Source: Fonticula alba ATCC 38817
Taxonomy: Eukaryota; Protista; Nucleariida
Length of the DNA: 49,284 nucleotides
Assembly: GCA_000388065.2 (NCBI GenBank)
Contig: KB932201.1
Reading direction: 5' to 3' (one strand)
Position numbers and translations under genes: made by a program. Of this stretch, positions 35,274 to 48,241 are shown piece by piece; position 1 is the first letter of the stretch, and every line of letters starts with the position of its first letter. A model generated the notes under the pieces. It ran no database searches. It saw only the letters and a program-made list of their open reading frames with translations, and was not told the DNA's origin.

Positions 35274-35922
35274 GGGCCGCGTTCCCGCCACTCCCGGAGT
35301 GACCCTAGGGCGTCGACGTACTAGAGCGTTGGCACACGCTCCCGGCAAGACACCGAAACACTATTACGCGGTTCTGCCTTTCCAGACCCGCGTCTAATGC
35401 CACCGGAGCGCTGGTCGCGCGGCCCTGCCCACCAACCACGCCCGACGGGGCGCTCGCCACGGCCCGGTGGCCCGGGCGAGTCTGCCGAACGCCCCCGGGG
35501 CCAGCGGCGATGGCCGAGGGTGCGATTCAGACTTGTGCCCCTGCCGGTTGGCGGTTGCGACGAGAGAGAGAGCGAGCGAGAGAGACGCCGGCACGTTGCC
35601 GCCCGATGCCCACCTCCCCAGCGGGGGAGAGCCCCGGGCAGGAGGGGAGCGAGGGACCGGGGGGGGCGCCGGCAGGGAGCCGGAATCGTGTGTTTTCACG
35701 TCCTCTCCTGCGGGGCCGCCTCCTCCGGCTCTTGCGATCCTGCCCGGCCGAGGAGGGCCCAGGGGCGCTAGCTGACCCCGGCAGAGCCATGCCAGGGGAG
35801 CGAGATCCACTCCGGACAAAAGGGGTGTTGCCCGGGCCCCAGGGGGTGGGCCACGGAGACAGCATTACTCTCCCTCGCCCTCGCCCCCTGCATCTCAGGG
35901 GGGGGGGGCGGAGCACAGAGGC

Positions 35923-36668
35923 NNNNNNNNNNNNNNNNNNNNNNNNNNNNNNNNNNNNNNNNNNNNNNNNNNNNNNNNNNNNNNNNNNNNNNNNNNNNNN
36001 NNNNNNNNNNNNNNNNNNNNNNNNNNNNNNNNNNNNNNNNNNNNNNNNNNNNNNNNNNNNNNNNNNNNNNNNNNNNNNNNNNNNNNNNNNNNNNNNNNNN
36101 NNNNNNNNNNNNNNNNNNNNNNNNNNNNNNNNNNNNNNNNNNNNNNNNNNNNNNNNNNNNNNNNNNNNNNNNNNNNNNNNNNNNNNNNNNNNNNNNNNNN
36201 NNNNNNNNNNNNNNNNNNNNNNNNNNNNNNNNNNNNNNNNNNNNNNNNNNNNNNNNNNNNNNNNNNNNNNNNNNNNNNNNNNNNNNNNNNNNNNNNNNNN
36301 NNNNNNNNNNNNNNNNNNNNNNNNNNNNNNNNNNNNNNNNNNNNNNNNNNNNNNNNNNNNNNNNNNNNNNNNNNNNNNNNNNNNNNNNNNNNNNNNNNNN
36401 NNNNNNNNNNNNNNNNNNNNNNNNNNNNNNNNNNNNNNNNNNNNNNNNNNNNNNNNNNNNNNNNNNNNNNNNNNNNNNNNNNNNNNNNNNNNNNNNNNNN
36501 NNNNNNNNNNNNNNNNNNNNNNNNNNNNNNNNNNNNNNNNNNNNNNNNNNNNNNNNNNNNNNNNNNNNNNNNNNNNNNNNNNNNNNNNNNNNNNNNNNNN
36601 NNNNNNNNNNNNNNNNNNNNNNNNNNNNNNNNNNNNNNNNNNNNNNNNNNNNNNNNNNNNNNNNNNNN
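35923..36668. other. Assembly gap
   Basis: N run. Confidence 0.99.
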
Positions 36669-36852
36669 CGATGGACGGCTCAACCATTGCTTGGCTAACC
36701 CGGTCGCTTTCGGCGCTTGTCCCCTCCCCCCCCCCCTCCCCCCTTCCCTCGGATCAAGGCTGTCCTCTCTGGGTCGGCAGCATCCTGCCCCGGTGTTCCA
36801 GTCCACTCCCGCGGCATTGGGGACCGGCGGCGGACCTGCCGGCCGCCTGCAC

Positions 36853-37390
36853 ATGGCCGGCCTGCAGCATCAACAGCAGCCGCCGCACCAGCGGCAACAA
36901 GGCCCCCGGGCGTTGCCGTCCCCCGGCCCGGCTGCCCCGGCCCTCAAGCAAATCCTCCTGCCGGGGCACCTGGCCCGGCGTGGGCTTCGCTCCTTGTCGT
37001 CCTTCCCACCGGCCACGGTGCCCCCCTCCGTGGGGGCCCAGTCCCCGGCTGGTGGCCTCCTGGCTCGCTGGTGCCGGCGTCAGCACGCGGCGCTGCTCAG
37101 CTCGGGCCGGTCGCGCATCTCGGTGCTCCCGCGATCCGGGGTCCTGGCTCCGATGGGGCCGGTGGCCGGGCTCCGGACCCCGGCCGCCGGGCTGGCCCAT
37201 GCTCTCCGGCAGGTTGGCCTGCCGCCTGGCGGCTCCGGCGAGGCGCTTGCACAGCACCCGGTGCGGAGCTACAGCTCCGACGTGAGTGACATCCGCCGGC
37301 AAATGCGCGCCCTCCTCCAGGACCCGGCGCTGGCCCCGGAGGCGACGCATGGTGACATGCTGACGGCCGTGACGCCGACCGCGCCAGCTA

Positions 37391-37428
<38 letters not shown>

Positions 37429-40400
37429 ACGCCCCGTTCCCCCACTCCCCCTGCCTCGAGATCACGCATCTCCAGCGCCCTCTGGGAGGGCCCGTCCTTC
37501 CGGACTCTCGCCGGCCCGGGCGCCCCGGAGCTCGGCCAGAAGAATGCGGCCGGCGGCAGAGATCGCCCCGGCCCCAACATGCAGGCGGCCCGGGCGCGGC
37601 AGCTCGACCGAGCCCGGCTCTTTCAGCATGAGCTCCCGCATGCGCGGCTGCAGCGTGATCGGCAGACACTGCGGCGCGCTACCTTCTCCTCGGCGGATGC
37701 CGGGCAATTCCGCTTTGTCCTGGGCCCAGAGCGACGTCGGGCGTGTCCGGTTCCCCGGCGGCCGATCCCCCCCCCGGCGGCCGTGTGGCCGGTGCCGATG
37801 GGGGACATCGCGGCGGCGGCCGCCGCCCGTGGCCTGGCCAAACGCTATCAGGCCACTTGGCAGCAGGTAACCACTTCCCCCTCGGAGCAGGCCCCGGCGT
37901 CGCATCCGGATCTGGCCACCCTGGCGGTCTTGTCGCTGCCCAGCCAGCCGGCTATCGGGCTGGGGATCCCGGTCGAGCCGCTGCCCTCGGCGCCCGGCCG
38001 CTCCGGCAAGGGCCTTCACCGGGCCATCAACAGCTGTCGGACGGCCGAGGAGTTCCGCCAGCTGGCGGCCAGTTGGCTGGCGCGCAATCACTCCGAGAGC
38101 TGGCCCTTCCCGCCGGCTCGTCACGCGAGCCTGACCAATGCCATCTACATGGCCTTTGCCTTTGACCAGTCGCCCGAAAACATGGCCCGGTTTGCTTCCG
38201 CCAATCGGGAGGACGCCCCCCCGGGCATGGCGGCCACGCCGCCCTCTGCCAAGGAGCCAGGCGACCTCTTCACCGGGGACATGGCCTTGGTGCTGGAGCT
38301 TGCCCGGCGGGGGGTGCACTTTGCGCAAGGCCGGGCGGCCCATCCCGCGGCGGCCGCCGCTCGGGTTCTCCTGCTGCGTGGGGAAACGGCACGGGTGCGC
38401 CAGCTTCTGCGCCTGGCCCGACAGAAGGCCCTTGCTCCCGGGGGATCGGGACAGGCGGCGGTTGCCGTGCTCGGGGTCCTGGCGGCGCGGGCCACCCTCG
38501 GGCCGGCTGCCTTCTTCGATGATCTCAACATTTTGGACGTCACGGCCACCGGCCGGTCGGCCGACATGGCCGATCCGGAGCGCCTGATCCATGTGCCGGA
38601 ATCCCTGGTCCGGCACCTGCCGATGGCCGTGCGCCGGGGCGTCCGGCTGATCAACGTCCTGGCCGGCGATTGTCAACAGCTCTTTGATACGGGCCATGCG
38701 ATGGCCGCCGGCCAGGACACCCCGGACGCCAAATTGCCGGAGGACTGCGAGATGGCGGTCGCCACATTGGCCGACGGCCTGGCCGGGCTGCTGCGCCTGT
38801 CGGCCGCCGGGTCCATGGGTCTCTCGCGCGGCCCGGCCGGCGTCCGGTCCTCGGAGCTGGTGCTTCAGTTTGGACACTGGTTGACGGATGCCCTCTTTGC
38901 CCTGGCCGCCGAGGCCAAGCCCGGATCGCTGCAGGGCCTGGCCGCCGCGCGGGCCATCAACTCCTCGGTGGGTGTGGTGGCCATGGCGCAATTGCTGGTT
39001 GCCAGCCAGGGGTGCGTTCATGTTGGTGCACTTGGCCGTGTGCCCATCTTCCCGTGGCTTCTGCCCCTCTTCGGGCGGCGGTGCCCCCTATGGCCGGCAT
39101 CTTCCCCCCTCTTTCCCGGCGTCCTTCCTTCCTCGGCTAACACCTGCTCTGCTCGGTCTCTCCCTGCCCTGTGACATCGCCATGTAGCCCGTATGTCAAA
39201 TTCAGTGTCCTCGCCGAGCGGCTGCCCGATCATCAGGGCCCTCTGCTGGCCGGGTACATCCGGGCGCTGACCGAGCACTTCGGTGCCATGTCCCAGGAGG
39301 ATGGGCTCTTCTTTGGACACATGTACGAGGCGCAGCTTGCCCTGGATGAGGCATGGTCCGTGGCCAGTGACCGCGGGCTCCTGGTCCCCGATGCCTATGG
39401 GACGAGCTTTCTCCTTCTGTCCAAGCTCGCCGGGTCGCCGCGGCACCATCTGCACATGCGCTTGTTGGAAACCGGCACCGGTATCTTTGACCTGTGCGTG
39501 CCCTGCCTCCTGTGCTTCCTCTCGGCTCCTCGCCTCTTTGTGTTTCCCCGCCTCCTTCTTTTTCTTTCTCTCTTTCTCCCTTTCTCCCTGCCCCCCTCTC
39601 TCTCTCTGCTCCTTGCCCGTTGCCTTTCCTCCACTGCTCGACGTATTGCCCCACCTCTCCCTTCCCTGCCCCATACTAACCTCCGCATCTTGATCCCTCT
39701 CCTTCGGATCGCGTCTCTCTCTCTCCCTCTCTCTCTTTCCCCTCCACGACCAGGCTCCTGGACGACCTCGAGGCCGGTCTCTTGACCCCGGCCGAGGCGA
39801 ACGCGGCTCTCAGTCACTTCGGGCACTTTCTGTCCAGCATGCAACTCTTCCGGTCGGCCGAGCACCTGTTCTCCCTGGCCTTCGGCCCGGAGCGTGGGTC
39901 TGATGTGGACCGGCACCTGCGCGCCCTGTCGCCCCACTTGCGGCAGATCAATCCGCCGAGCCGCTCGGGGCCCGACGACCCGAAGGTGCCGGCCCTCCCG
40001 CTGGCCGAGTTGCGCTCCCTCCGCCAGCAGCTGGCCAATGAGTATAACCACAATGTGTACATGGTCCCCGGGGCCCCGGCCCCGGAGCTGCCCCTGGCCC
40101 GGCCGGAGGAGCTCCAGGGCATTGTCCCCCGCCGCCTGCAGTGTGTCCCCCCGTCCGGGGCCGTGTCCTCGCAGTGGCACCAAAATGCCGGCGGCTGCTG
40201 GTCGGACAGTTTGGTGGCCACCTCGGGCGGCGGTGCGACCGATGCCCCGGAGGCAGCCGGTGTGCCGGATAATGCCTGGTCTCGGCGCCGGCAGGAATTG
40301 ACCCCGATGACCGCGGCGGGGGCCTCTCTGCCGATCCCGGCCTGGTCGATGGCTCTGCCGGCCGAGGCCGGCCTCTCGGGCCACTGTGCATGGATCCTGG

Positions 40401-43395
40401 CCGCGGCGTCGCACATGCCGGCCCCATCCTGGAGCACGGACATCCTGTTGGTGGAAACCCTCCGGTCGGCGGCGGCCACGCGCCTGGTCCTGGCACGGCT
40501 GAACCACGCGATGGAGCTCTTCTGCCAGCCGGATCATCCGGCTGACATCGCGGCCATCGATGATCCGACTGGCGGCGGCTTGGCAGCCGGGGCCCTGCTG
40601 GATCGGGGCACCGCTGCCGACCTGCTGCCTCTATACGAAGCAGCCACTACGGCCCTTGCGGCCATCGAACAGCGAACCACCAGCTTCATCTCCACCAAGC
40701 TGGGCCGGGCGTCCACCCTATATCCCCACGCGCGCAATGCCCTCACCTTCGACAAGGCCCCGCTCGAGGTTTTCCTCGGCCGGGATTACCGGATCTCCAT
40801 TCATCAGCACATTGCCGCTCGCGCGGCGTCCCTGACCTCGGTGCGCCCCTTTCGCCGCACAGACCGGCGCTTCTTCCCTTTCCTTTTGCCTCCCTCTCTC
40901 TGCCCTTCTTTCCTTCCGGACTACCGGGCGAGATATTCCCCCCCCCCCTCCCTCCCCCGCCCCCTCCTCTGCCATCCTGCCCCCAGTGCTGACACCCTGC
41001 TCGACACATGGGCCGGGCTCGGGCGCATGCAGTCCTTCGACTTCCGCTCGCGCGATGCGGTGGCCGCCAATCTGGCGGCTCTGACCCCCGGCTCGTCGGG
41101 GCCCGCCTTCCGGGACTCCCCACTCACGGCGGCCGAATTCCTGTCACGCTTCGTGGTCAATGACCTGGAGGAGGCCCCGCCCTACATGCCGCTGTACCTC
41201 AAGTGGCACCCCTTCAGCGAGGAGCTGGGCACCCCGCCGGAGCCAGCCTTCCTCCCGGCCCCGGTGACCAATCCCTACCTGGCACACTTTGAGCAGCCAC
41301 TCATGCATGAGCTTCGCCAGCTTGTGGCCATGTCTGACAGCTCGCCGGCCGCCAGCACGGTGCCGGCTGTGGCGCCCAGCCGGCCGCACTGGTCGGCTCC
41401 GGCCGCACAACTGCTGTCCGGGGACTTGCTGGTCACCCGGGACCTGGGTGTCCGGGGGGACCAGCTCCATGCGGATCTCATCCAATTCGCCGGTCTGGAC
41501 CACCTGCCGCCTCTGGAGCGTGTCAGGCGCGAGGCCCTCTTCCGACCGATGGTCGATGGTGCGCTGATGACTCGGATGGGTCCGTCAGACGCTCTTGGCG
41601 GCCAGGCCGCTTGGCAGGAGCGCTTCGGGTTCCACATGAACTTCCGCTCGGTCGGCCGGCGGCTGGATGACATCCTGTCCTTCGAGGACCCGGAAGATGC
41701 GCAGTTCATCACCAGTGGCAACCCGACCCTTGGAGGCTTGAACATCAGCGGCACCAAGCGGCAGATCGGCCGGCTGGCCATCGAAGAGGCGAGCCGAAGC
41801 TCGCGCGAAGTCCGGAGACCAGGCGCCGGCCATGCCTCTCCGGACATGGGGTTCCTACATGTGGCCCGGCGTGTGACTCCTCCCTTGCCAGTCCTCCGGA
41901 GTTTGGCCAACCTCCATGGCCAGGCGGGCAATGTCGATGAGAGTGCGTGCCTTTTTGCGGCTGTGGCCCTCTGGTGTTTTCCTTCTTTCCTTTTCCACCC
42001 CCCCCCCTCCCCCTTTTGCTCTTCTAACGGGTTCTTTCACCACTGGCATCTCCGCGGCCACCTCCTTGCCCTGTCCCTGACCACATGTGTGACATACACA
42101 CACACACACACACACACACAGTGTTTGCCCTGTTTGGACACTTCTTCGCCGACTACCTGGACACCAGCCAGGTAGCCGTGCACCGGCGGCGAACGTTGCA
42201 GCATCTTCAGAAGAGCGCCCTGCTGGCGCTGATGCAGTCGTCGGCGCGCGCACGCTATGCGCACTTCTCCCGCTCGGCGGGCATGGCCCTGACCGGGAGT
42301 CCGATGAGTGTCCCTCTGCCGGCCAAGGCCATGTTGCCTGGCGGAATGGACCCCCCCATGTCGCAGGGTGCTGCCTCCTCCAGCGGGACTTCCTCGTTGG
42401 AGGATCTGGTCGACACGGCCATCGGGGCTTACTCCATGGCACGGATGTCCACCCGACCGGTGCATGTTCCCGGGCATCCGGGTGATCAATTTGATTGGCA
42501 ACAGCGGCAGCTCCAGCAGCCGCACGCATGGAACCACCCCATGCAGCCGGGCCAGGAAGCCGCCAGCATCAGCCGGCCCCCGGTATCACCCTTCGCCGAT
42601 CAGGACTTGCCCACTGGCAGTTCGCGCTGGCTACAGGCAGCCAACCAACTAGTTCCACTCCGGTGTCGGTTCTTGCAGCGCGAGCACTTCCTCCTGTCGC
42701 TGGCCCGGCGCATGGACCGGGTCCGACGGCCGTTGGATGTCCAATGGTCGGCGGACCTCCTGTCCCCGCCGGAATTGGATGACCATCTGTTTGGCACGGA
42801 CCCCCATGACCAGGTGCAGATCCCGGGCTTCGAGCGTTTCCAGCCGCCGGTTGCCATGCCGGCCGACCTGGCCGCCGGGAAGTCCGCCCGGGCTCGGCAC
42901 CTGTATGGGCTGCTGTGGTATTTGCACACCCTGTCGGAGCAATGCCAGCCCGACATGTCGGTTCTCCTGGGCGAGCGTTTCCCCCTGCGGCCCGGAAGAG
43001 CCACCTTGGCCAGCCTGGTGCTGGCTCTCGGGCCCACGGTGCTGGACCAGGTCCCGGAGGCCTCGGCCTTCGGAGGCAGCAGTACCAGCGCCTATCGGCC
43101 GCACCTGCTGGGCCTGGTCCAGGGGCTGGTCAGGCCCCCGGTGGATACCGGGCTGCTGCACACCGCCCTGCAGGTGGCCACCGAGTCCGGCGACCAGGAA
43201 ATGCAAGCCGAGTTGAGCCGCTGTGTGGGGGCTCTGGCCCGGTATGCCGAAGTGTATGCTGACATTTTTGCCGCCTTCGATCCAAAGGATCCCTGCTGGC
43301 GTGCCGCCTCGCTGGCCTTCGCCGAAGCGCACCGGATCTTCCGGCTGGAGTTGCTCCAGCAGCAGCCAGCCACCGAGGTCTCATCCATTCTTTGA
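36853..43395 (+). CDS. Large uncharacterised, probably alpha-helical protein with a mitochondrial-type presequence; ~1,910-1,975 aa
   Basis: Exons 36853-39011, 39188-39493, 39754-41942 (possible extra 192-nt in-frame intron 40841-41032 with GTGCGC donor, CTGAC branch-like site and CATGCAG acceptor) and 42122-43395. GTGCGT donors at 39012, 39494 and 41943 are phase-consistent. The N-terminal ~135 aa are Arg/Leu/Ser-rich with almost no acidic residues and end in VRSYSS. I recognise no domain. Confidence 0.7.
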
Positions 43396-43908
43396 AGGCC
43401 TGTCCCCCTCCCTCCCTCCCTCCTCTCCCCCTTCCCCTCCTTCCGCCATCCCTCTTCCTCCTCTTGCTTGATGGGAAGGCCACCCCCATGTGCGTTTTGC
43501 CCGCACCCTGAACCAGACACAATAGACCAGTGTGTGCTGGCACGCCCGTGCCCCTCTCCCCTTCTTTCACCCCGTTGTTTCCCTGCTTTCTTTTCGTGCA
43601 TGTGTGTGTGCCTGTGCGCATGTGTGTGTGTGTGTGTGGTTACGAAAGTTCTGGGGGGTTTAATTAGCCTTTTTCTTCTTTATCGAGCTCACACGCCACC
43701 TCGGCGGATTCATGTCGCCGCCGACGAAGGGCAGGGAGGGGAATGGAAACTCTATGCCCTTTCATTTGGGGAGAGGAAGGGAAAGAGGGAGGGAGAGGGG
43801 GAGGGAGGCAAAGTCCGGGGCGAAGGGGCATGGCTCTTTTTGGCTGAGGCGAAAACCCGGACAACCACGGCACCGGGAAGACTTCCCCCATGTGTGGTTG
43901 GGCGGCCC

Positions 43909-46900
43909 TTAGCCCATCTTGTACTGAACGAAGGCCACCAGATTCTCGTAACATTCAAGGAACCGCTCGGTCTCCATGTCGCTGAGGTTGCGCAGGAGCG
44001 CCGGCTTGGGGGACACCTTGCCGGCGAGTTTCTGAAGCTCGGCCAGAACGCCGAGGCCGGTGAAGACATCATCATGCGTCGGCTCGGCGAAGAGGTCGAT
44101 CACCGCATTGATGGCCTCGGCCAGAACAACCAGGTCCCGGTCGGGCGACTCCTCGCGTGGCAGGCGCGCCAGCACGTCCCCAAGGAACTTGGCAACATTC
44201 TAGTGGGAGCAGGGAGAAATGCACGCAAGGGGGAGGGAGGGGGGGGGAGAGAGAGAGAGAGAGAGGACGCAAGCGGTCAGATGAGACAAGGGGAGACACG
44301 AAGGAGAAGACCTGCCGCAAGGGAGAGGAAGGACGGAGGGGGGGGGGGGGGAGGGGGGCGAGGGAAAGGGGGCGAGGGTGCCACGTACCGCCACGGCATT
44401 CTTGTCGGTGCGCACACAGCGAGCCAGCAGGCCGATGACATTCAGGCCCAGGCAACTGAGGGCCTCATGCTGCGGAGTCCCGGAGAACGAGGCCACCAGC
44501 TCGCAAAGCAGGGCCAGATCGCTGGCCGGCGGGTCGGCCACCAGGACCGCCAGGTCGCCGGTGGCTTCCAGCCGCCGAAGAACCGCGGACAAGCCAACCA
44601 ACGCCGCCTCCAGCAGCTCATTGCTGTGGCGCAGGTCGTCGCCCGGCCCGGCGGCCGCAACCCCCGAGGCCGCACCGCGCAGGAGCTGCAGCAGCCCGGC
44701 AACACGGTCCTCCACGCCACCCGGGGCCAGCACCGCCAGAGAAAGGCCGCTCTCGACCAGAGCGCCAAATGCCTGCAGGGCGCGCTCCTGCCGCAGGAAG
44801 AGCAGGCTCATGACAACCCCGGCGGCGGCATTGCGCGCATCGATCTCCTGCTCGGCAGCCGGCTCGGTGGCGTCGGCCGACTGCTCACTGACAACCGGGG
44901 CGGCCTCCAGCTCGCGCGCCCAGTCCACCGTCCGCTGGATGGCAACAACCAGGTCCTCGGCCGGCGGGGCGCACAGGCCCAGCAAAGCCGCCAGCAGGGG
45001 CGACCCCTCGAGCAGCAGGGCCAGCTCGTGCGGGCTCCCGGCCGGGGGGACCCGGCGGCCAGCACCCTCGGCCGGAGCCTCCACCTGCCCGACCATGCAT
45101 GCGGAGCTGAGGATCTCCAGAGCCAGCTTCTGGGCGGCCAGGATGGGCCGGCTCGGGCCGAAGGAGGTGGGATCCGCCCGACCGTCAGCCGGGCGGATCT
45201 CCAGCGGCACCGGCACGGCCAGCAGCTGCAGGAGCGTCGTCACGGCTCCGGACCCGGCACTCGGCCCGAGGGGAGGATTGGCCGACGGGCCGGCGCTCTG
45301 GAGGATCTGCAGCACACCGCCACACACAACCGCCTGCGTCAGGTGCCCGATGCCCGGGGTGACACGCGCGCGCCAAATGGCATGCTGCTCGGACGCCGGG
45401 TCCAGCAGTGCCAGCAGCGACGCCCCGAAGGGCTGGTTGGCGGCCACCTTGGCTGCCAGCGCGGGGTTGTCCTCCGACAGGACGAGCAGGAGCTGCGCCC
45501 CGGCCAGGACCACGGCCGGGCTGTAGGATGCCGACGCGGCGAACACCCGGTGCACGGCATTCAGGAAGGCATTGTCTTGGGTGAGGTGCTCCACGACGGT
45601 GGGGGAGACCTCACTGAAGGGGGAAAGGGGGAGTGGAAGGGGGGGGGNNNNNNNNNNNNNNNNNNNNNNNNNNNNNNNNNNNNNNNNNNNNNNNNNNNNN
45701 NNNNNNNNNNNNNNNNNNNNNNNNNNNNNNNNNNNNNNNNNNNNNNNNNNNNNNNNNNNNNNNNNNNNNNNNNNNNNNNNNNNNNNNNNNNNNNNNNNNN
45801 NNNNNNNNNNNNNNNNNNNNNNNNNNNNNNNNNNNNNNNNNNNNNNNNNNNNNNNNNNNNNNNNNNNNNNNNNNNNNNNNNNNNNNNNNNNNACACACAG
45901 AGAGAGAGAGAGAGAGAGAAAAAGAGAGAAGGGAGGAGTGCGCACCAGAGGGACCAGAAAATACAGAGAGCATTCTCCATGGTGCTGTGCAGGAAAGCCA
46001 GAGCCTCGGAGACGGCATTGCGCGAGTCGGCGGCCTTGGTAGAGGGGAGGTCCGCCTCATCGGCGGCCAGGACCGCAGCGGCGGCGGCCTCGGCGCCCAT
46101 GGCCGCGGCCTCGGTCGGGGTGTCAGCCACCGGGGTGTCAGCCGGGGCGGACTCCGACATGCGGCTCTGCTGATTGGCGATGTTCTCCACCGCCGTCAGC
46201 AGGCAGGGGATCAGCGAGTTGCGGACCACGTCCAGGCGCGACAGGGCCGCCACAATGCGCGGGTCGTCCTCGAGGAGGATGTTCCTTGAATCCCCAGCCA
46301 GCAGGTCAGCAACGATCAGCGGGGGAGGGGGGATGCACAAAGCATGGGGGGGGGGGGGGGGGGGAGGTTGGATGTACCGAAGGGCGCCGGTGGCAGCTGC
46401 CTGGACACGGAAGGCCTTGTCAGACAGGCGATCCAGAACCAGGCCGACGACATTGTTGCTCAGCAGGAGCTGTGGGCGTATGAGCGCGAGGGGGCATGCG
46501 TGCGTGCTTCCGGTTAGCCGAGCAGAGAGGCAGCAGGGGGACGGGAAATGGATCACAAAGGGGGGTCATGCTGCGCGCACATCACGCTTCTCGGCGTCCG
46601 AGATGAAACGAGCGATGCAGATACAGGACCACTCGCGCTCGATCGGGTTGGTCGAGGAAAGCTGCCGCAGCCGGGAGAAGAGGCAAGGCGAGGCACCACG
46701 AAGAATGGTCAGCTGTGTGGAGGAGGAAGAAAAAAAGCCCGGTCCGTCGGTGTGGCCCGGCCCAAAAGGGGGGAGGGCGAGCAGGGGGGAGAGGGGGGGG
46801 GGGAGGGGGCCGGCGCACCTTTCGGAGAAAAGGCAGAGGCGAGAGCATGGGGTCCAGCTGCACAGCAGACAGGTCCACGCCGGCCGAACTCGAGACAGAC

Positions 46901-47052
46901 ATGGCCAGCGCCACCAAGCGACGCTCCTGCGCCGTGGCCGCCTGCCGGCTGTGGATCTTTTTCCGGATATCGGCATGGGCGGCATTCTGCGGGGCCTGGG
47001 TCTTGGCCTTGCCGCTGGCCTTCCGGATCTTGCGCTTCGTCGGGCGGACCAT
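43909..47052 (-). CDS. HEATR3: HEAT repeat-containing protein 3 / Syo1 (uL5/uL18 import adaptor); ~753 aa
   Basis: Exons 47052-46819, 46661-46581, 46469-46378, 46284-45946, 45613-44389, 44199-43909 total 2,262 nt. Basic N-terminus. LSS.NP.EREWSC..IARF, LSD....VQAAATGALRN, LWSLCE-like IFWSLCEVS, and C-terminal EAINAVIDLFAE...ENLVAFVQYK are HEATR3/Syo1-like. Confidence 0.8.
45648..45892. other. Assembly gap, inside HEATR3 intron 4
   Basis: The flanking exons splice in frame (SL TG|T GAG), so no coding sequence needs to be missing. Confidence 0.95.
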
Positions 47053-48241
47053 TGCGCCTTCCTGTCCACTCGAGCGGGGGAGGGGGGAGGGGGGCGAGGA
47101 GGGGGGAGGGGGACAGGAAAAGGGACAGGGGAGGGGGGGGGGGAGAGCGAGAGGAGAGAGGGGAGGGGGATGCCTTTTCTCCCGGTGCAACGACAGGGCG
47201 GTCCTTTTCGGCGGCCGGCGATCGTCCCCGGCGCACTCGGGCAAGTCGATATGCAAGGCAGTGAGATCTGGAACGCACACGCGCCTTGCCGACCGCAGGA
47301 TCCCCGGCCTGTGGCCCGGCAGGGCCCTTTCTGCGGGTGGAGTCCGGCCTGGCAGATCGCCAATAGCGCCCACTGCGTGGGGCACGCCGCGCAAGCCTCC
47401 GCAGATGCCTGTCGTTCTTGCGCCCGTTGTGTGTCGCCCCACCCAAGGGACAGCAAGGGGGCGGGGGGGGGGGGGGGGGTCAAGGCGGCAGAGGCTGGCC
47501 GGCCGAGCGGGAGGGGGCGAACGCACTGCCGGGGCGGACGCGTGCCTCTGCTCCAGGTGGGTCCACCGGAGGGGCCGGAGAATGGCGTTCCTGGCAGAAC
47601 GCCCGCTCCTGGTGCCGACGCAGAGTCCCAGTGTGGAGGCTGGGTCGCGACTCGGCTGGGACTTGGCCCAGTCGGTGGGCAGGAGCCAACGGCCTCGTTC
47701 GCACGGGGGGTCACACTCCGGCGGGGGCCTCGTCGAGGGCAAGGAGGGGCACCTGCCGCTCGATTGCCGTGGCAAAGGGGCCCCGGCCCGCGAGACCATC
47801 TGAATTCTTCCCCTCGCGGGCGCGCAAGGGCGCAACCACGATTGCCGGAACTCGGCCGGCGGTATGCCGGACCCATCGCCTGATGTCCCCCCCCCCCAGG
47901 AGAAGGGGGGCGGCAGCCGGCGGCCGGATGGGTAGGTGTGCCAGAGCCCAGGATGAAGGGCCCCCTGTCCGGGGACACTTGGCCAAATGGTGGGCAGCCC
48001 CACCTCGTTGTCCCCTCCGCCCCCCCTCCCGCCCCTCTCCGCACACACGCGCCTGGCCCCCCCCCCCCCCGCCCCTCCCTCCTCGCTCCTTGCACACTTG
48101 CTTGCCTTTTTCTTCCAACTCGCCAAGGTATTCCCCGCATTTGCCGTCTCCCCTGCCCCGCTACCCGGCCCCATGCACCGGCGCTCTCTGACACGCGCGC
48201 ACGCGCACGCCCTCCCCCACTCGGAACCTCCCCCATCTCAG

